Assembly: GCA_036172245.1 (NCBI GenBank)
Contig: JAYWIR010000012.1
Span: forward strand, 2,046,001-2,110,000
Source of the DNA: Raillietiella orientalis
Taxonomy: Eukaryota
Reading direction: 5' to 3'
Length of the DNA stretch: 64,000 bases
Shown here: one piece after another, positions 51,899 to 64,000 of the stretch
Layout: each line of letters starts with the position of its first letter
Numbering within the stretch: the stretch's first letter is position 1
Translations under genes and position numbers: made by a program
The notes under the pieces: model-generated
Told to the model about the DNA's origin: nothing
Database searches by the model: none
The model's input: the letters and a program-made list of their open reading frames with translations, nothing else

Positions 51899-54800
51899 TT
51901 CGTATGTCTTAAGAGAGTGGTGGAGAGGTCTCTGCGGTCTCGCATCGACTCAGAGGGGGCAGGATGTTGCTGTCTGCTTCTTCATGCTTCAAAGGAAAGC
52001 ACCGGAGCCCACCTATCTTGGCGCCTGGGATCAACCTTCCGCCCTCTCTCTTAGAAATCTCTTCGAAGCTTCGATGAATGTCACTCTGAATACTTCAGGG
52101 AGGGAGGAACGGATGCTGCGCTATCAGCATCCAGCCTATCCTCACAGCATCAGCATCCAGTTTGAAAGGTATTTCTGGTGGCTTTCTTGGTCTCAAGCTG
52201 GGGATCACGAGATTCGGGGAAGGAGCCGGAGGTGCGGGCGAGAGACACGAGGATTCAGGGCTTCCCGGGAGCTGATTTTTGGAAATCACGCGGAAGCACG
52301 GAGGTTCCGGCTTCTGCCGGGCTGATCGGTCCTCCTGCTGACCTCTCTACTGCGGCGGGAAAACTGAATTTGGAGACTGAAGAGAGACTCGGCACCCAGG
52401 GGCGCAACGCGGGTGCCTCTGGCGGGCGGTGCACCCTTTGAACATCTCGTCCCCGGCTCCCATTTTCTCCTTACTCTTGCAGAGTGGCTTCGTTGGCGCT
52501 GCTGCTTGACCCAGCTGCTTCGAACAAGAGGTCGGAAAGCGCCCCCTTTGGCCTTAGAATCGTCCAACGCCTTACGATCCTCTCCTGTTGTGCTTACGAT
52601 TTCCTTCCCACTCTCGCTCTGGGAGTTGGCGACGGGTGAGAACTGAGAATGTGCATTCCGTTTTGTTCACCTTTCGGATCTGTTTCTAAACGGGAAGCCC
52701 TTCCCTGAGGGAGTCTTCGTTCCGTCGCTGAAGTGCCGACGGACCAAGGGAAACAGAAAATTCCTTCAAGTCCACTGAGCTGCTCCCAGCGCTCTTTCAA
52801 GCGAGGATGCACGGGACCTCTCCGACTACGGACGGGATTCTCACTTAAGTCTCGAGAGAGAGAGAGAGGAGGAAATTTCCCTCCTGCTGCGGAGCACAGC
52901 GACCGGGGGACAGGATGAAAGGGAAGGAGGGAGGAAAAGGAAGGAAGGATGCGCTCTCATAGGAGCGGCCATTCGGCGTTCTCCGCGACATCTCCATTCC
53001 CCCTTTCACACAGGGCTGGAGCGAAGACACGGCGTTGGACGAGCGGGGCAGGCGAAGAAGGAAACTCCCGAAGGTAAGACCAGGAGTCCTGGCGACGCCT
53101 CCGATTCGAAGGAGGCGGCTAATTCTGAACATCCACCTTTTTCCCATCGATTTCGTACCCAAAAGGGTCGACTCCTGCAGCCGCATTCGGAAAGCAAGGG
53201 CTTCCTCCTTGCTCCAAAGGTGAGGTGGAGCAGCTGGAACCCGGCCGGGTTCTTGGAGTACGAATTCGTCGAAATCTCGAGGGTGGCCCCAAACCGGTTC
53301 CCGGAGTAAAGGCGGCTGCTAGCAAAAGCAATCTGATCTTAATTCATCTTCCCAAATCTTAGGTTGCAAGGGCAGAGGAGTCTAAAAGAAGAAGAAGAAA
53401 AAATCGAAGGAGCATTCACGAGAAACACGCGAAGACGCTCAGGAAGAAATCTCCCTCCCCCCCTCCTTTGTCTCCCTCTTCTCCCCGACCCATGAGATGA
53501 GAGATCTGAAAGGGGGATTCAAGATTCCGAGGAGTCGGGAACGAACATAGACGTCTGCTGCATCCCGGGCTGCCGTCTCGTGGCCGCCTGCCTTGGCCCC
53601 CGCTGTTCTCCTTACTGGATCTGGGACAGGTCTTTCCCATGAGGCTTTCCCAATGAACGATTCCTCTCCCCAGCCCGAGATTCCGAGCGCAGGATGCCTG
53701 CCGCTACCTGTTCCTTGAGGACTTGCCCCAAGGAACTGCCGCTCGCCAGTTCAGGCTCCGAGTTCGCGGGCACCCCTTAGGGGGACAATGGGGCGCGCTG
53801 CCCGCCTGCATCCTGACAGGCCGGCGAATATGAGAAGGATTTCAGCGCGTCCGTTCGCGACCTTCAGCCCCTGGCTTACAAGAGGCAGGGTGGTTCCGCC
53901 GGCGCTGTCTCCGTTCGAGGTCGGTTGGCAAGATGCGTACCCCGCAAATTCTGCATCCTGATTCGGTCGGCGCCTCGTCGCTCCGTGAGCCCTTGTCGTC
54001 GGCGGAGCCGCTGCCCCTGTGGCCGACGGACGGTTTCATGTGGCGCGGGACGCGTACCAAGGAACGCTGCGACGAACGCGAGACACGGACGGCGATGGAT
54101 CCGACGGTCTTTTGCTGCCGTCCTGTGCCACAGGAAAAGGGGGGAGGACGGAGTGGAAGTAGAGGGTGGAGATCTGCCAGACCTAACCTAACCTACCCTA
54201 ACGCGAGTCCCCCTCAAGGAACAGGGCATCCCAAGCGTGCATTGCCCAGAAGCTCTGTGACGCTGAGGAGGGTACGTGCGTCCGCATGGCCACTGGCCTC
54301 GTCACGAGACGCCCTGTGGGATTCCTGGAAGGCGCACAATCCCTCCTCGATTTCAGAATTCTCATTCGAGCTCACTGCAGCCGCATGACCCGCGAGGACA
54401 ATGGCAATAATAAAGTTAATTGCTGCCCCACGTTCAGGGCTTAGCCAAGGGCAGCTTTAGTTCGGCGGGAAGCTACCTGAGGGCTCCCCTTGATGGAATG
54501 CAGGAATGCAGCTACTAATTTTTGCAACAGATGTTTTCACTTGTTGGCATCGTTACGTTGCTAGGAATAAGAATGAAGGGAAAAAAAATGTAGAAGAGAA
54601 AGGGAAAGCAAACACGATAAAGTGACATATCTATATGTAAAATATCGCACTTAAAGAATGTGTCTTTATCATTTCCATGTGTGACAGAGAGGGTTATTTT
54701 CTCCACTGGAGGTTTTGACTCCACTCCAGGATGAGGAAGCTGGAGAACACCTCCCTGCATCGCGATCGTTCGGAAGTCGAGCTCTCCAGGAAGAGCTTCC

Positions 54801-57800
54801 AATCATTCTTTCGAAATCATATCGACCCTCTTTCGGACGTAATCTGATTTATATGCAAATGCCTCTTCTTCTTTACTTACTGCTCCACCATCGGTCGTTA
54901 CTAATGCAAACAGGCCTCTCACAGCCTCTGGATAGATCCAGCCAGCAGTGCTCGAGATGCGCGCCTGTCTATTTCGATGCCGGATCAAGAGGAAGGTTGG
55001 CTCTTACCAGCCATAATTCGATTTTCAATAATTCAATCTCTTGCATACTATTTAGTGAGCAGGATTATTAATAAATCATCATGGAGGAGCTCTCTCCTCC
55101 TTGCAGATAGGAAGGCGAAGAGAGGGAGCGTCATGAAATTTTCAACCGAGAGTGCACTACAAGCAAGAAGATACTCTCATCAGGGATCATACGAGGACTG
55201 ACGACACCGGAAGGAAAGTGGAGCAGCAGACGCACGGAGCGACGTAGGGAACGGGCGTCGGCTTCGCTCCGTGCGCTTCGATCACGTCCGTTCCATCCGT
55301 TCCCTTAGTTACGCGAGTCGCGGCTGATGCAGACTTCCCGGAGAGAGAGTTGCTTTCCGTGCCACGCTCTAGAAACAGTGCCTGGCTTCCTCTGGAGAGC
55401 GGACCGGTCCAGGGTCCCGGGACGCTCCTGAAGACTCTTCTGACCTCGAGCGCCCGCACGCGGAAGACATCTCGTGAGCCCCGGATGAGAGATGCCAACG
55501 GCCTCTGCGTGCGTGGTGTGCACCGCCCTCGAGATGAGTCCGGAATCGACTCGCAGAAGAATGCCCTGCACGCGTGTCCGTCGGTCTCCATTTACGCCCA
55601 CTGCCTTCGACCGCTGGCGCTGGAGAGCCGCGCCTCGAGAACAGCGAGCTCCGTGAGAGACTCTTGCGTTCGCTCACTGCGCGCGAGATGGCGCTCGGCC
55701 GACCCGGCCACTTCCGGGAGCACCTGCGACATTTATTGCCACGAACTTTGTAAGTGGTGATGCAGGACGCGGCAAAGTGGTCGACCCTGACCGCCACACC
55801 CCTCGCCCACCCTTATCTGCCTTCAGGGCAAGAGACGACAGTAGCCGATAGGCGAGGTGGTAGTGCTCCTGCACCATCGCGGGAACTCCTTGGCAATTGG
55901 AGGACGCGCGAGTTGGCGGATGCTGCCACTCCGCATGCTATGGCGACGGGACTCCTTCGGTGGAGAGAACTTTCGGGTGTCCCTCCCGAAGAACTTGTGG
56001 TCCCTCCCCACTTCATGGACATTCCGGTGTTCCCCTCTCCTGGAAACAGACTATGCTGCTCTTTCTGCACTGGAGACTCCAGTGCAGCGAGCACCGGCAC
56101 CGCGTTTCCACAGGGGTTGCATCCGGAACTCTTGTTCCAGGTGCGGGTCGGGGAAGTCGATCGCTTCGCACCTGCTCTTGGACTGCGGTGCCCTCCGGAA
56201 ACTGTGGCGGAGGATGGCGTCAGCGCTCCTACACCACGAGCACACCCCACCCGCGACCTGCTGTGACGGAAGAACTCTTGACGGGCGCGGTGATCGCAAC
56301 GATGGGTTGCCATCGTCACGGTCGTGTCATCGTGCTGCAGGCGACGGCGCAGCAGAGCGAGGTCACCGGGATGACAGCCGCCTCCCAAGTGACGACGACT
56401 GTGAGGTGGCCTCAGCCAGGAAGAGGAAGCGAAGGTGGAGACCACCGGTATCCAGCGCCGGTTTTGAAAGGAGGAAACGGTGGACACCGGTTACTCCTGT
56501 CCGCAGCCTGCCTTTTTTTTTTTATTCTCATTCCCCAGTTCCTTTTTTAGTGTATGTACCGCCGAAGCAGGTACATATATCCCCAGTCCCTTTTGCTCCG
56601 TACCCTTCCCGGGTTTTATACATTGATCCTGATGTACACGAAGGAAACCCAAAGACCTCATCCCACCGGATTTCCCATGTTTTGTGTGTGTGTTTCGGCT
56701 GTCCCTCTCCCCTTCCCCGTTCCGAACTTTTGGATATCCCGGCCTGCATGGCTGTGGACCCCCTCTTCCTTGAACTTCTTTTGTGTTCGGTTGGGAACCG
56801 GACTCTTCCCGACTACTCCCTTCTTTACGATATGAACGCTCCCGCGTGTGACCGGGTGAAAAAAATTCCTGGAGCGATTCCTTCGGGGCGCTAACCGGGA
56901 GCAGTGCAAATCCCCCCTCTCCCTCCGTGCTCGGCGAATCGGGAGCGCTTCGTGGCAAAAACGACAGGAAGAGGGAGGAGGTGTGTGTGAGGGAAGGGGA
57001 TCTAGACTGTCATCACGTGTGTCCTCGGGCTTGATGAAGCCGTTCGCGCTCCTCACGGGACGACCTGCTCGGGTGAAATTTCGTGATCCCAGGTGGAGGA
57101 GAATCGGCGCTGAGCGCTCGCTGTCTCCTGGCCCTTCCATCATCATCATGTCCGCTCTTTCCCGATAACTCACGTCCGTCGCCAAGTCCGCCCAGCTCTC
57201 GCACATTACTTATTGGTTGTGACGTCTGGCATTAGCGGAAACGGAAATTCGTTCGAATTGCCATTCATTACTGTCGCGAATGAATGAGCGCCATTCTTAA
57301 GAGAGCGCTGGATATTTACTGTTAATAAACACCTCGAGAGACAGCAAGGGTTTCCGCATCTGCGACGGGTCGAAACGGCCTCCGTGAAAGGAGGTAGTTG
57401 GTTTCTGCTTTCGGCGCGTCCGAAATCTGCAGCGTTTCGGGTTTCCGGGGCTGCAGGCATCCCCGGAATTTGCGGTAAGACCGAAACACGAAACCCAGGC
57501 ATGCAGATCGCAAACGAATGCGGAAGTCATGTGACGTCATCGTTCCTTGGCCAGAGCTCCGCGAACGGAAAACCAAATCTGTAGCGAACGAGTGGGAACT
57601 CCATAAACACGCGCGGAGTCCGGGATGCTGCGCTTGCCCACTCCGGAGTTCCTCCCGCGTCACGGAAGAGAGAGCCCCTGAGGGCAGCAACCCGAACTAA
57701 ACTCCTTTCTGAGTCATTGCATTTTGGATATGGTGAATCACGTTACCAGAAATAATCCTCCATCAGGAATAAGCGGGTGGTGACCCTCTGCCGGTAGTCC

Positions 57801-60774
57801 CGCTGCAGCAGCCTCTGGACCACTTCTTGCAACTCAAACGGAATCTTGCCCATGACCGTTTTCAGCTTATCTGGAAGCTTGCAGCAAACGTGTTAGTTGA
57901 CTTTCGTCTATCGGACCGCGCGCGCGGGGACCGGCCCTTCCGCTTGACGAGTCTCCCTTTCGAATTCTTGGGTCGGTCGAGCCTGCAGGAGGACCGAACC
58001 CAGCGTTTCGCTCTTTGGCTCTTGGCCGTTCCCTCGGGACGGCAGCGACGAGCAATTTCTCATCCTCTCCCCTCCTCCTCCATCCGGACGCTTCGACCGC
58101 CTCTTCCCTAGCCGGATTTCCACCTGCGCGCGTCCCCGAAAACGCACAGCGCCTCTTCCTCCTGTCTTCCCGTTTCGCGCACACACCGGAAGTCCCGCAG
58201 CAGAGCATGGACGCGTCTGGGAACGGGCACGTCGCACAGGCTGATGGCGGGCGTTCCCGTATTTCAGTCATCCGAACGCGTGTAAACGTCACGGCGCTCC
58301 GCAAGACACGTCGGCGCGAACCTCGCGAGTTGAGCAGGGGCCGCTGAAAGGCAGGGGGCGGGGGCAGGTGCCTTCCGCTTCCAAGAGCCATCACTTTTTT
58401 CTTCTCTTTTTTTTTTTGCGGACACGCTGCATCGGGGAGGGAAAGTCGTTGCCGGAAGGCACCAGGTGCCCCCCCCCTCTTCTCCACCCTCCACCCGGCC
58501 ACGAACGAGAAGGCGCTCCGCGCTTCGCTGAGGAGCACCGCAAGGAACCCTCCGCAGCCAGCGCGTTTGCGCGGGGCGGACGCGCAGGCCGTCGAACAGC
58601 GTCGCGAAAAAATCCACTTCCGGGATCTTCTTGTTTTCTCTCCTCCGGGAACGAAAACAGAGACGGAAGGGGGCGGATGGGATTCAAAGACCCCGCCCGC
58701 ATCTGGTGAGGCTTCCTCTGCGTCACCCTGGTTTGTCGGAAATCGTCTTTCCTGTTCCTTAGCAGCGGGACGCTAACGGGAAAGGAAGAGGGCATGGTGA
58801 GAGCGCGTTTTTCGAAGGAAAGGGATTCAGCCAGAGGCAAGCAGCGATGTCTCGGAGCCGGGGAGGCAAGAGATCCGCTCGATCTCTGCGAGCACGGCTC
58901 CTTCCCTGTTTTGTTCGAAGGGGGCGGGAGGAAGGGCGGGAAGCGTCCAGGCGCGAGGAGGGTGAGGCGAAACCGCTCCACGAGGGACACCGCCGCTTTC
59001 CTGTTCGGGAATTCCTGGAGTTCGCCGAGTGAGCCTCGCAAGAATCGGGCAGGAAGGAGACTCGCCGGGCGGGTCGATCAGGAAGAGGGGCCGGCAAGAC
59101 GGGTTTGCGGAAGCGCAGCCGGGAAGGATCGACTCTTCGAGTCGAAGGAAAGTGCTGAGGACCCTCTTGTGGCGAAAGGCAGGAGCAGAGGTCTCCGGGC
59201 TCGGATCGGTCGGAGGAGGGCGAGGAGAAACTTCCGGTTTCGGAGATGCCAAAGATGCCAAAAGTGCAGTGAGGACACGGGAGAAAGGGAAGCAGGGGAC
59301 AACCCGCCTGATTCCTCTTCCTGAATCTCCCTTGTCCATCGCGAAGTGTGGGAACGGGGATCTCGACCAGGAGGGGACGAGGGAGGCGGACGAGGAGAGA
59401 GGAGAACCCTTGGGCTTCAGAGACAGACAAAAAGTCATCAGAATCTTCAGTGCGCGGATAAGATGCAGTGGCGACAGGGCAAGGGAGACGCGCTTTTTCC
59501 AGAGGGTGAAAGGGGAGTCTATTCGCTCCGTAGGGAGAGGCACGTTCTATCAGTGGAGGGAGATCGGATTGAAGAACCGGGGATTTCGGACTGGCGTTGG
59601 GAAGAGGAGAGAAGGGTGGGCGAAGATACCGTGGATGAGATGATGGGAGCTGGCAGCAGACGAAGAACAGGATGCGACAAGAGGAGACGCGGGATTGTGC
59701 GTAGCTCCCGAGTGGCGCTCGCCAGCCAAGGGACCGCCGCTTCCGAGAGCAGGTTTAGACGGAGCGGGAAAACTGAACGAGCAGATTCATTTCTGGAAGC
59801 ACAAGCCTCGCTTGAAGACGCAGCATCCGCATCTGTGCAGCAAGATGGTTTCCATTTTTGCTGCAGTTTGAGTGAAGCGTTTACTCATTAACACCTGGCG
59901 CACTTTGTCTTGCGGTCGAGTGTTCCTCTGAGGGACGAGACCTCCCTTTCCTCCCCCCCTTTTCCCCCCTCCAATGCTGGCGAAGGGAGAGCGGGAAGGC
60001 GGGCGGAATCGACGGGCGCCTGAGGCTCTTTTCTATTTTTCTGAACGAGAACCGGGAGAGTGAATCTGGAGCAAGAATGACAGAGGAACGAGGAGATGCT
60101 GGAACCGTGGAGAAGGACAACGGCAGAGAGAGGCGCCGCTGCGTTTCCTTCTCCTTCCTTGCGAGGCCGGAGGGAGACGATTTCGGGAACTGGAAAGACG
60201 GCGCGGCTTGCGGAAGAACAAACGACTATGTGCAACTCAGGTTTACGTAGAGATCTATCTGCGGCGAACTCGGAAGAATCTCTCACCACCTGGATGGCTC
60301 GGTTTGCTTACATTTAACAGGGCTCTCGGTGTTCCACTCGGATGCGAGCACCAACAACATTTCTCGAGCCGTCTCACACAATTCATACCGCGGATTTTCA
60401 TTCATGAATACGGGGACAGCTGACTGATTTTGTACCGTGGTTCGTGGCTCTTCAGGGTTCTCCTTCGCTCGCCAGTGTTAGCTCACGAGAATACCTCAAA
60501 GAAGAAGCGTATTGCCGGAGGCGGAAGTGAAAGTCGAATGAGAGTACTCGACTGCGGCGGAAAGTTCGGGCTTCCATCTTGAAAATTGCTATTCGGTTGC
60601 GAGGATGAAGCTCCAGATGGAGTCGTCCAGGGGAGCTGGCCAGCATCCAGCATTCTTTAGTACAGCCAAGGACGGAGCAGCTGGCAGGAAACCAACGCGC
60701 CGGCGGCCTCGAGGTCCGGAAAGCACTCGACTGCGTCGACCAGGAGCTCCTGGAGCGCATGGGTCTGCGTTAGC

Positions 60775-61050
60775 GGGCCGTATGGCTGCAGTCTTTGAGC
60801 GTGGCACCAAGCGTTGAGGGTTCAGATCTCAGCCGGGGAAAGATTGACGTTAAGGAACGGGTGCGTCTTGAGTTTCGATTACTTCCTAAGGATGACGCTG
60901 GTTGGCCTACAGGTTTTCGGTGCAGCACTGGTGGAAAACCGGATGCTCCCTCTGACTGTTTGGAATGGAAAGTTGATCTTCCGGAGTCCACCCAGGAATC
61001 AAGGAGCCATTAAGGGTTCTCCTCCGGTTGTGAAAATGGACCACATGGGT
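60775..61050 (+). mobile_element. SINE-like element, diverged 5' half
   Basis: gcgtggcaccaagcgttgagggttcagatc..ttcgattacttcctaaggatgacgctggttggcct..cggtgcagcactggt..cggatgctccc corresponds to the reverse complement of 15840-16010. Confidence 0.7.
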
Positions 61051-61756
61051 TTATCGGCAGTCCTCCTGACTTCTATGAGCTTCCGTTGGCGTGACGCGCT
61101 CATGACTGCATATTCTAATGACCAGCATGTATATGCTGTGCCGGCGCGGTGCGGCGTGGGACGAGGAGACAGACTGAGGCCCCTGCTCTTCAGCAATTGG
61201 CCCAGAGGGCATGCAGGGCTACTCTTGGCTACCTTGCCGAGACTGTGCTCCAGTATTTTCTGCTGCTCTTGCCAATGTCCACTCCAGGAAGGCTAGCAGT
61301 TCCATTAGCGACTACAGGAAGGTCGATTCCGCGGCGTCTGGTCCGTTGGTATTTATAGTCTTTAGGGTGTTTACGAATTTGCTGCTCTCGAACCGAGCGG
61401 AAAGGGGGTGGGGCGGGGGAGGGAAAGTCGAGCGTGCGGTCGACGCTCACCAAACTGGAATCCTGAAGCGGCCCGCTCGAAAGAAGGGCGAAGACAGCAG
61501 TAGCCGACCGAAATCCGAGTTTCGAATCGCCGACGAGAAGTGGACGGAAATTCAACTTGATTCTTCGAAAGCCTAAGAGATTCGGGTGCTCGAGAAGACC
61601 AAACAGAGGTGCAGTAGTTCACTGTCGTGCCGAGGAAAGGCCATGCCGGGTGTCATGGAGAGGTGATCCCCCATGGGGGAGGAGGGTATTCTGCCTTGGC
61701 TAAGTGAGGGCGGAATAGGGCTGCCTTTAATGGTCAGGCCACACACAAAGATGGCA

Positions 61757-61950
61757 GATCCGCGACCTATGAACCATGCCAGGATGTGGCACACTATGTG
61801 GTTCAATTGAAGCAAGTTCCTAGTGCCTCAAAAACAAATAGGGAGGCAGAGTGTGGAGGTAGTATTTCAAGTATCCTCTGTAGATTAATCTGCTGATGAC
61901 TCTGAAGAATTTGATGCGCACATTCTGCATGGTTCATAGGTTGGAATCCG
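61757..61950. repeat. MITE-like inverted repeat: ~35-bp imperfect arms with a 15-bp perfect core
   Basis: acctatgaaccatgc (61765-61779) and gcatggttcataggt (61927-61941). Confidence 0.65.
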
Positions 61951-64000
61951 TCTGTTCCATTCGTGCGGATGCTAAGGAACAGCCGTCACAAACTACCCCA
62001 AATCCTCGAGCCACAGCTCGCTTGGAAAGATTGTTTCCAGTCTCGGTTTAAGCGGCTGCGAGGACAGTAGCTGCAGCAACAAGCCTCTTGGGAATTTATG
62101 GTCTCGAAAAAGGGTCTCGAAGAAGGGAGGAGTAACAGTGGCCTAAGACGCAGAGTGAAGCAGAAGAAAAACGAGGATCAGAGTTGAAGGGTCTGGTGAA
62201 GAGAACCACGTTGCTCACTTTGTTTAAGGAGAGAAGCAACGTGGTGAGCAGCAGGATGAAACTTCTTTACTCAGCGATGAAGCAGGCACTCGCTCCCTGG
62301 ACCAAACTTAGAACAGGAGTGTGGAGTAATCCCCAGCGCGCTTAACTGGGGATTCATCGATTCCTTGGATGCCGGATAACCTCTAGGTTTCCCCACTCTG
62401 CCTCTGATGAAGTCTCGAGGAGATGCGGAGAGACACGATCATCCCGATAACCAAGAGATTTTACAAGATTCAGCCCCTGTGACTGGATTATTGACTGCTA
62501 AGGAGAGAGGAAGGCACGGAGCGTTGTAAGGTTGCTCCAGGGCTCCCAGGTAACGCGCGAGGATCCCCATTTCTTCCTATACAAGGGGGTCCTTGGAAGC
62601 AGGCGGCCTGTTCTTCAGCCCGAGATGCGGTTTCCGAACACGGGTTTCAGTCTGCGCACCGGACGATCTAGGCGCAGTGCCCATTTCCTTAGACGCTTCG
62701 TCTTTTAGGAATTTGTGAATTTCTTGAAGGTTAGGGGCTGCTTCGAGACGGAACTTCGTTTTCGGACTCATCTACCTGGATATGCTGTCCTTCTCCGCGC
62801 AGTGACCACACGCCTTCATAAGCCGCCTTGGTGCCTGGCAGGTGCCAGACGCCACGGTTACACCAGACTCGTCCCTCTGCAGCAGAACTTGGGCGTTCCT
62901 CGCAGATTGGCAGGTTGCGCTTTCCATCTGCACGGAGAAGGAAGGCAGCCGTGCCTTTTCGAGGCGGCTGCTACGAGGGGGGGGTGCGTCACTTCGAAGG
63001 GAAGCTCGCGGCCTGACTGCCTACCTCCCCCCCAAAGTGTTTGCACCTCTCTTAAAAAAAAAGATCGCCTCCGAAGACAATCCTACTGGTGGACGAGGTG
63101 TCAGGAATCGCGGGATCATTCCACTCTTCGAAAAGCAAATAAGAATGAAGCACGCAGTGTTTTTTTTTTTTTTTTTTCGAGAACATTCCCTTGCAGTCCG
63201 CGCTTTACCGAGAGTGAACACGAAGAAAAACAGAGCTCGCGGCTAGCAGCAACTTTCTGAGGGAAGAATTCCTGGAAAACAATAGTTAGAGAACGAGTTT
63301 GCTCAAGACTAAAGGAACCCGGTGCGCTCTTGGATTTCGGTTGCCATGCAGTTGCATAAAGAATGCGTAAAGGAAATCCTCAAATTCCAATAGATGCATT
63401 TTCAAGTCATTCTCATCGGGGATTTCATGCGGTGTTAGGAGAGATACCGTACGCACCCTCTGACCGATTGAAAACGATGAAGAGGAGTCTACCCCTTCCG
63501 ACAAGTCCACTTGAACACCGTGATTCCCAAAAAATGGATGCCAGCTTGGAGAGCGTTCTTGCCCAGTGCATCCTTGGGTGCAGTGCTCAGATTTGTCAGG
63601 GAGTCACTTCCAAGTGCTGATGATTTCAATGGTGATGATGTTGACCTTCTCTTGTGGCCTCGGTCGAAAGCCAACGTTTCTCGTGGACGCTGACTGTGAG
63701 ACGTTAAGCTGGATTTCCATCAAATGCATCGGTAGCAGACGATGGTCGCGGTGAGTTCCCGCGAGCTGGCGACCCAGACCGAAGAGGTTACCCGAAATAC
63801 TTCTGGGGATTGGCAGCCGCCGCCAACCAGGATATTACGAGAGCACGCATCAACTTGGAGCCAGGCCTAGTGTCCCATAGCGAAGGAATGTGTAACCACA
63901 TCGGAGACCACTTTTTTCCATGAATGTCCACCAGCAGCGTCGGAAGAGCAAGGCGGAAGAGACAAGTATCGAGCGTTGGCTCGCAGATTCGCGTCCAAAA

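Noticed and set aside
52472..52575. Phase-compatible candidate upstream SCYL2 exon (also ~62776-62927)
   Set aside because: Splice signals fit, but the peptides show no similarity to the end of the SCY1 kinase domain.
54181..54203. Telomere-like (CCTAA)n
   Set aside because: Only about 4 imperfect units; not significant.
18591..60000. Many long R/G/P/S-rich ORFs (for example 18591-19655, 35442-36398, 40517-41602, 46886-47854, 55857-56894)
   Set aside because: Expected from stop-codon scarcity in GC-rich DNA; they overlap in all frames and show no recognisable domains.

Overview
Eukaryotic (metazoan, probably ecdysozoan; taxon not determinable here) genomic DNA with two contrasting compartments. 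(1) An AT-rich island (~2.0-13.45 kb) holds an intronless ELP6-like gene and an 11-exon cystathionine beta-synthase gene (531 aa, heme motif plus Bateman module, mostly 37-52 nt introns, one GC-AG intron). (2) A GC-rich compartment (~13.45-64 kb) holds the 3' part of a SCYL2-like pseudokinase gene on the minus strand: 8 reconstructed exons over 25 kb, kinase exons not found. Its introns and flanks contain decayed RLE-type non-LTR retrotransposons (Utopia/NeSL/R2-like), a ~750 bp tRNA-headed SINE-like family, MITE-like foldbacks and several near-perfect hairpins. Most notable: two old Utopia-like relics share an apparently identical 741 bp block (1223-1963 and 17388-18128), including the same stop and frameshift, and bracket the whole AT-rich gene island as a direct repeat. 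Most GC-rich ORFs in the track are spurious. Homology calls come from motif recognition, not database searches. I found no firm evidence for a new biological system, only candidates.
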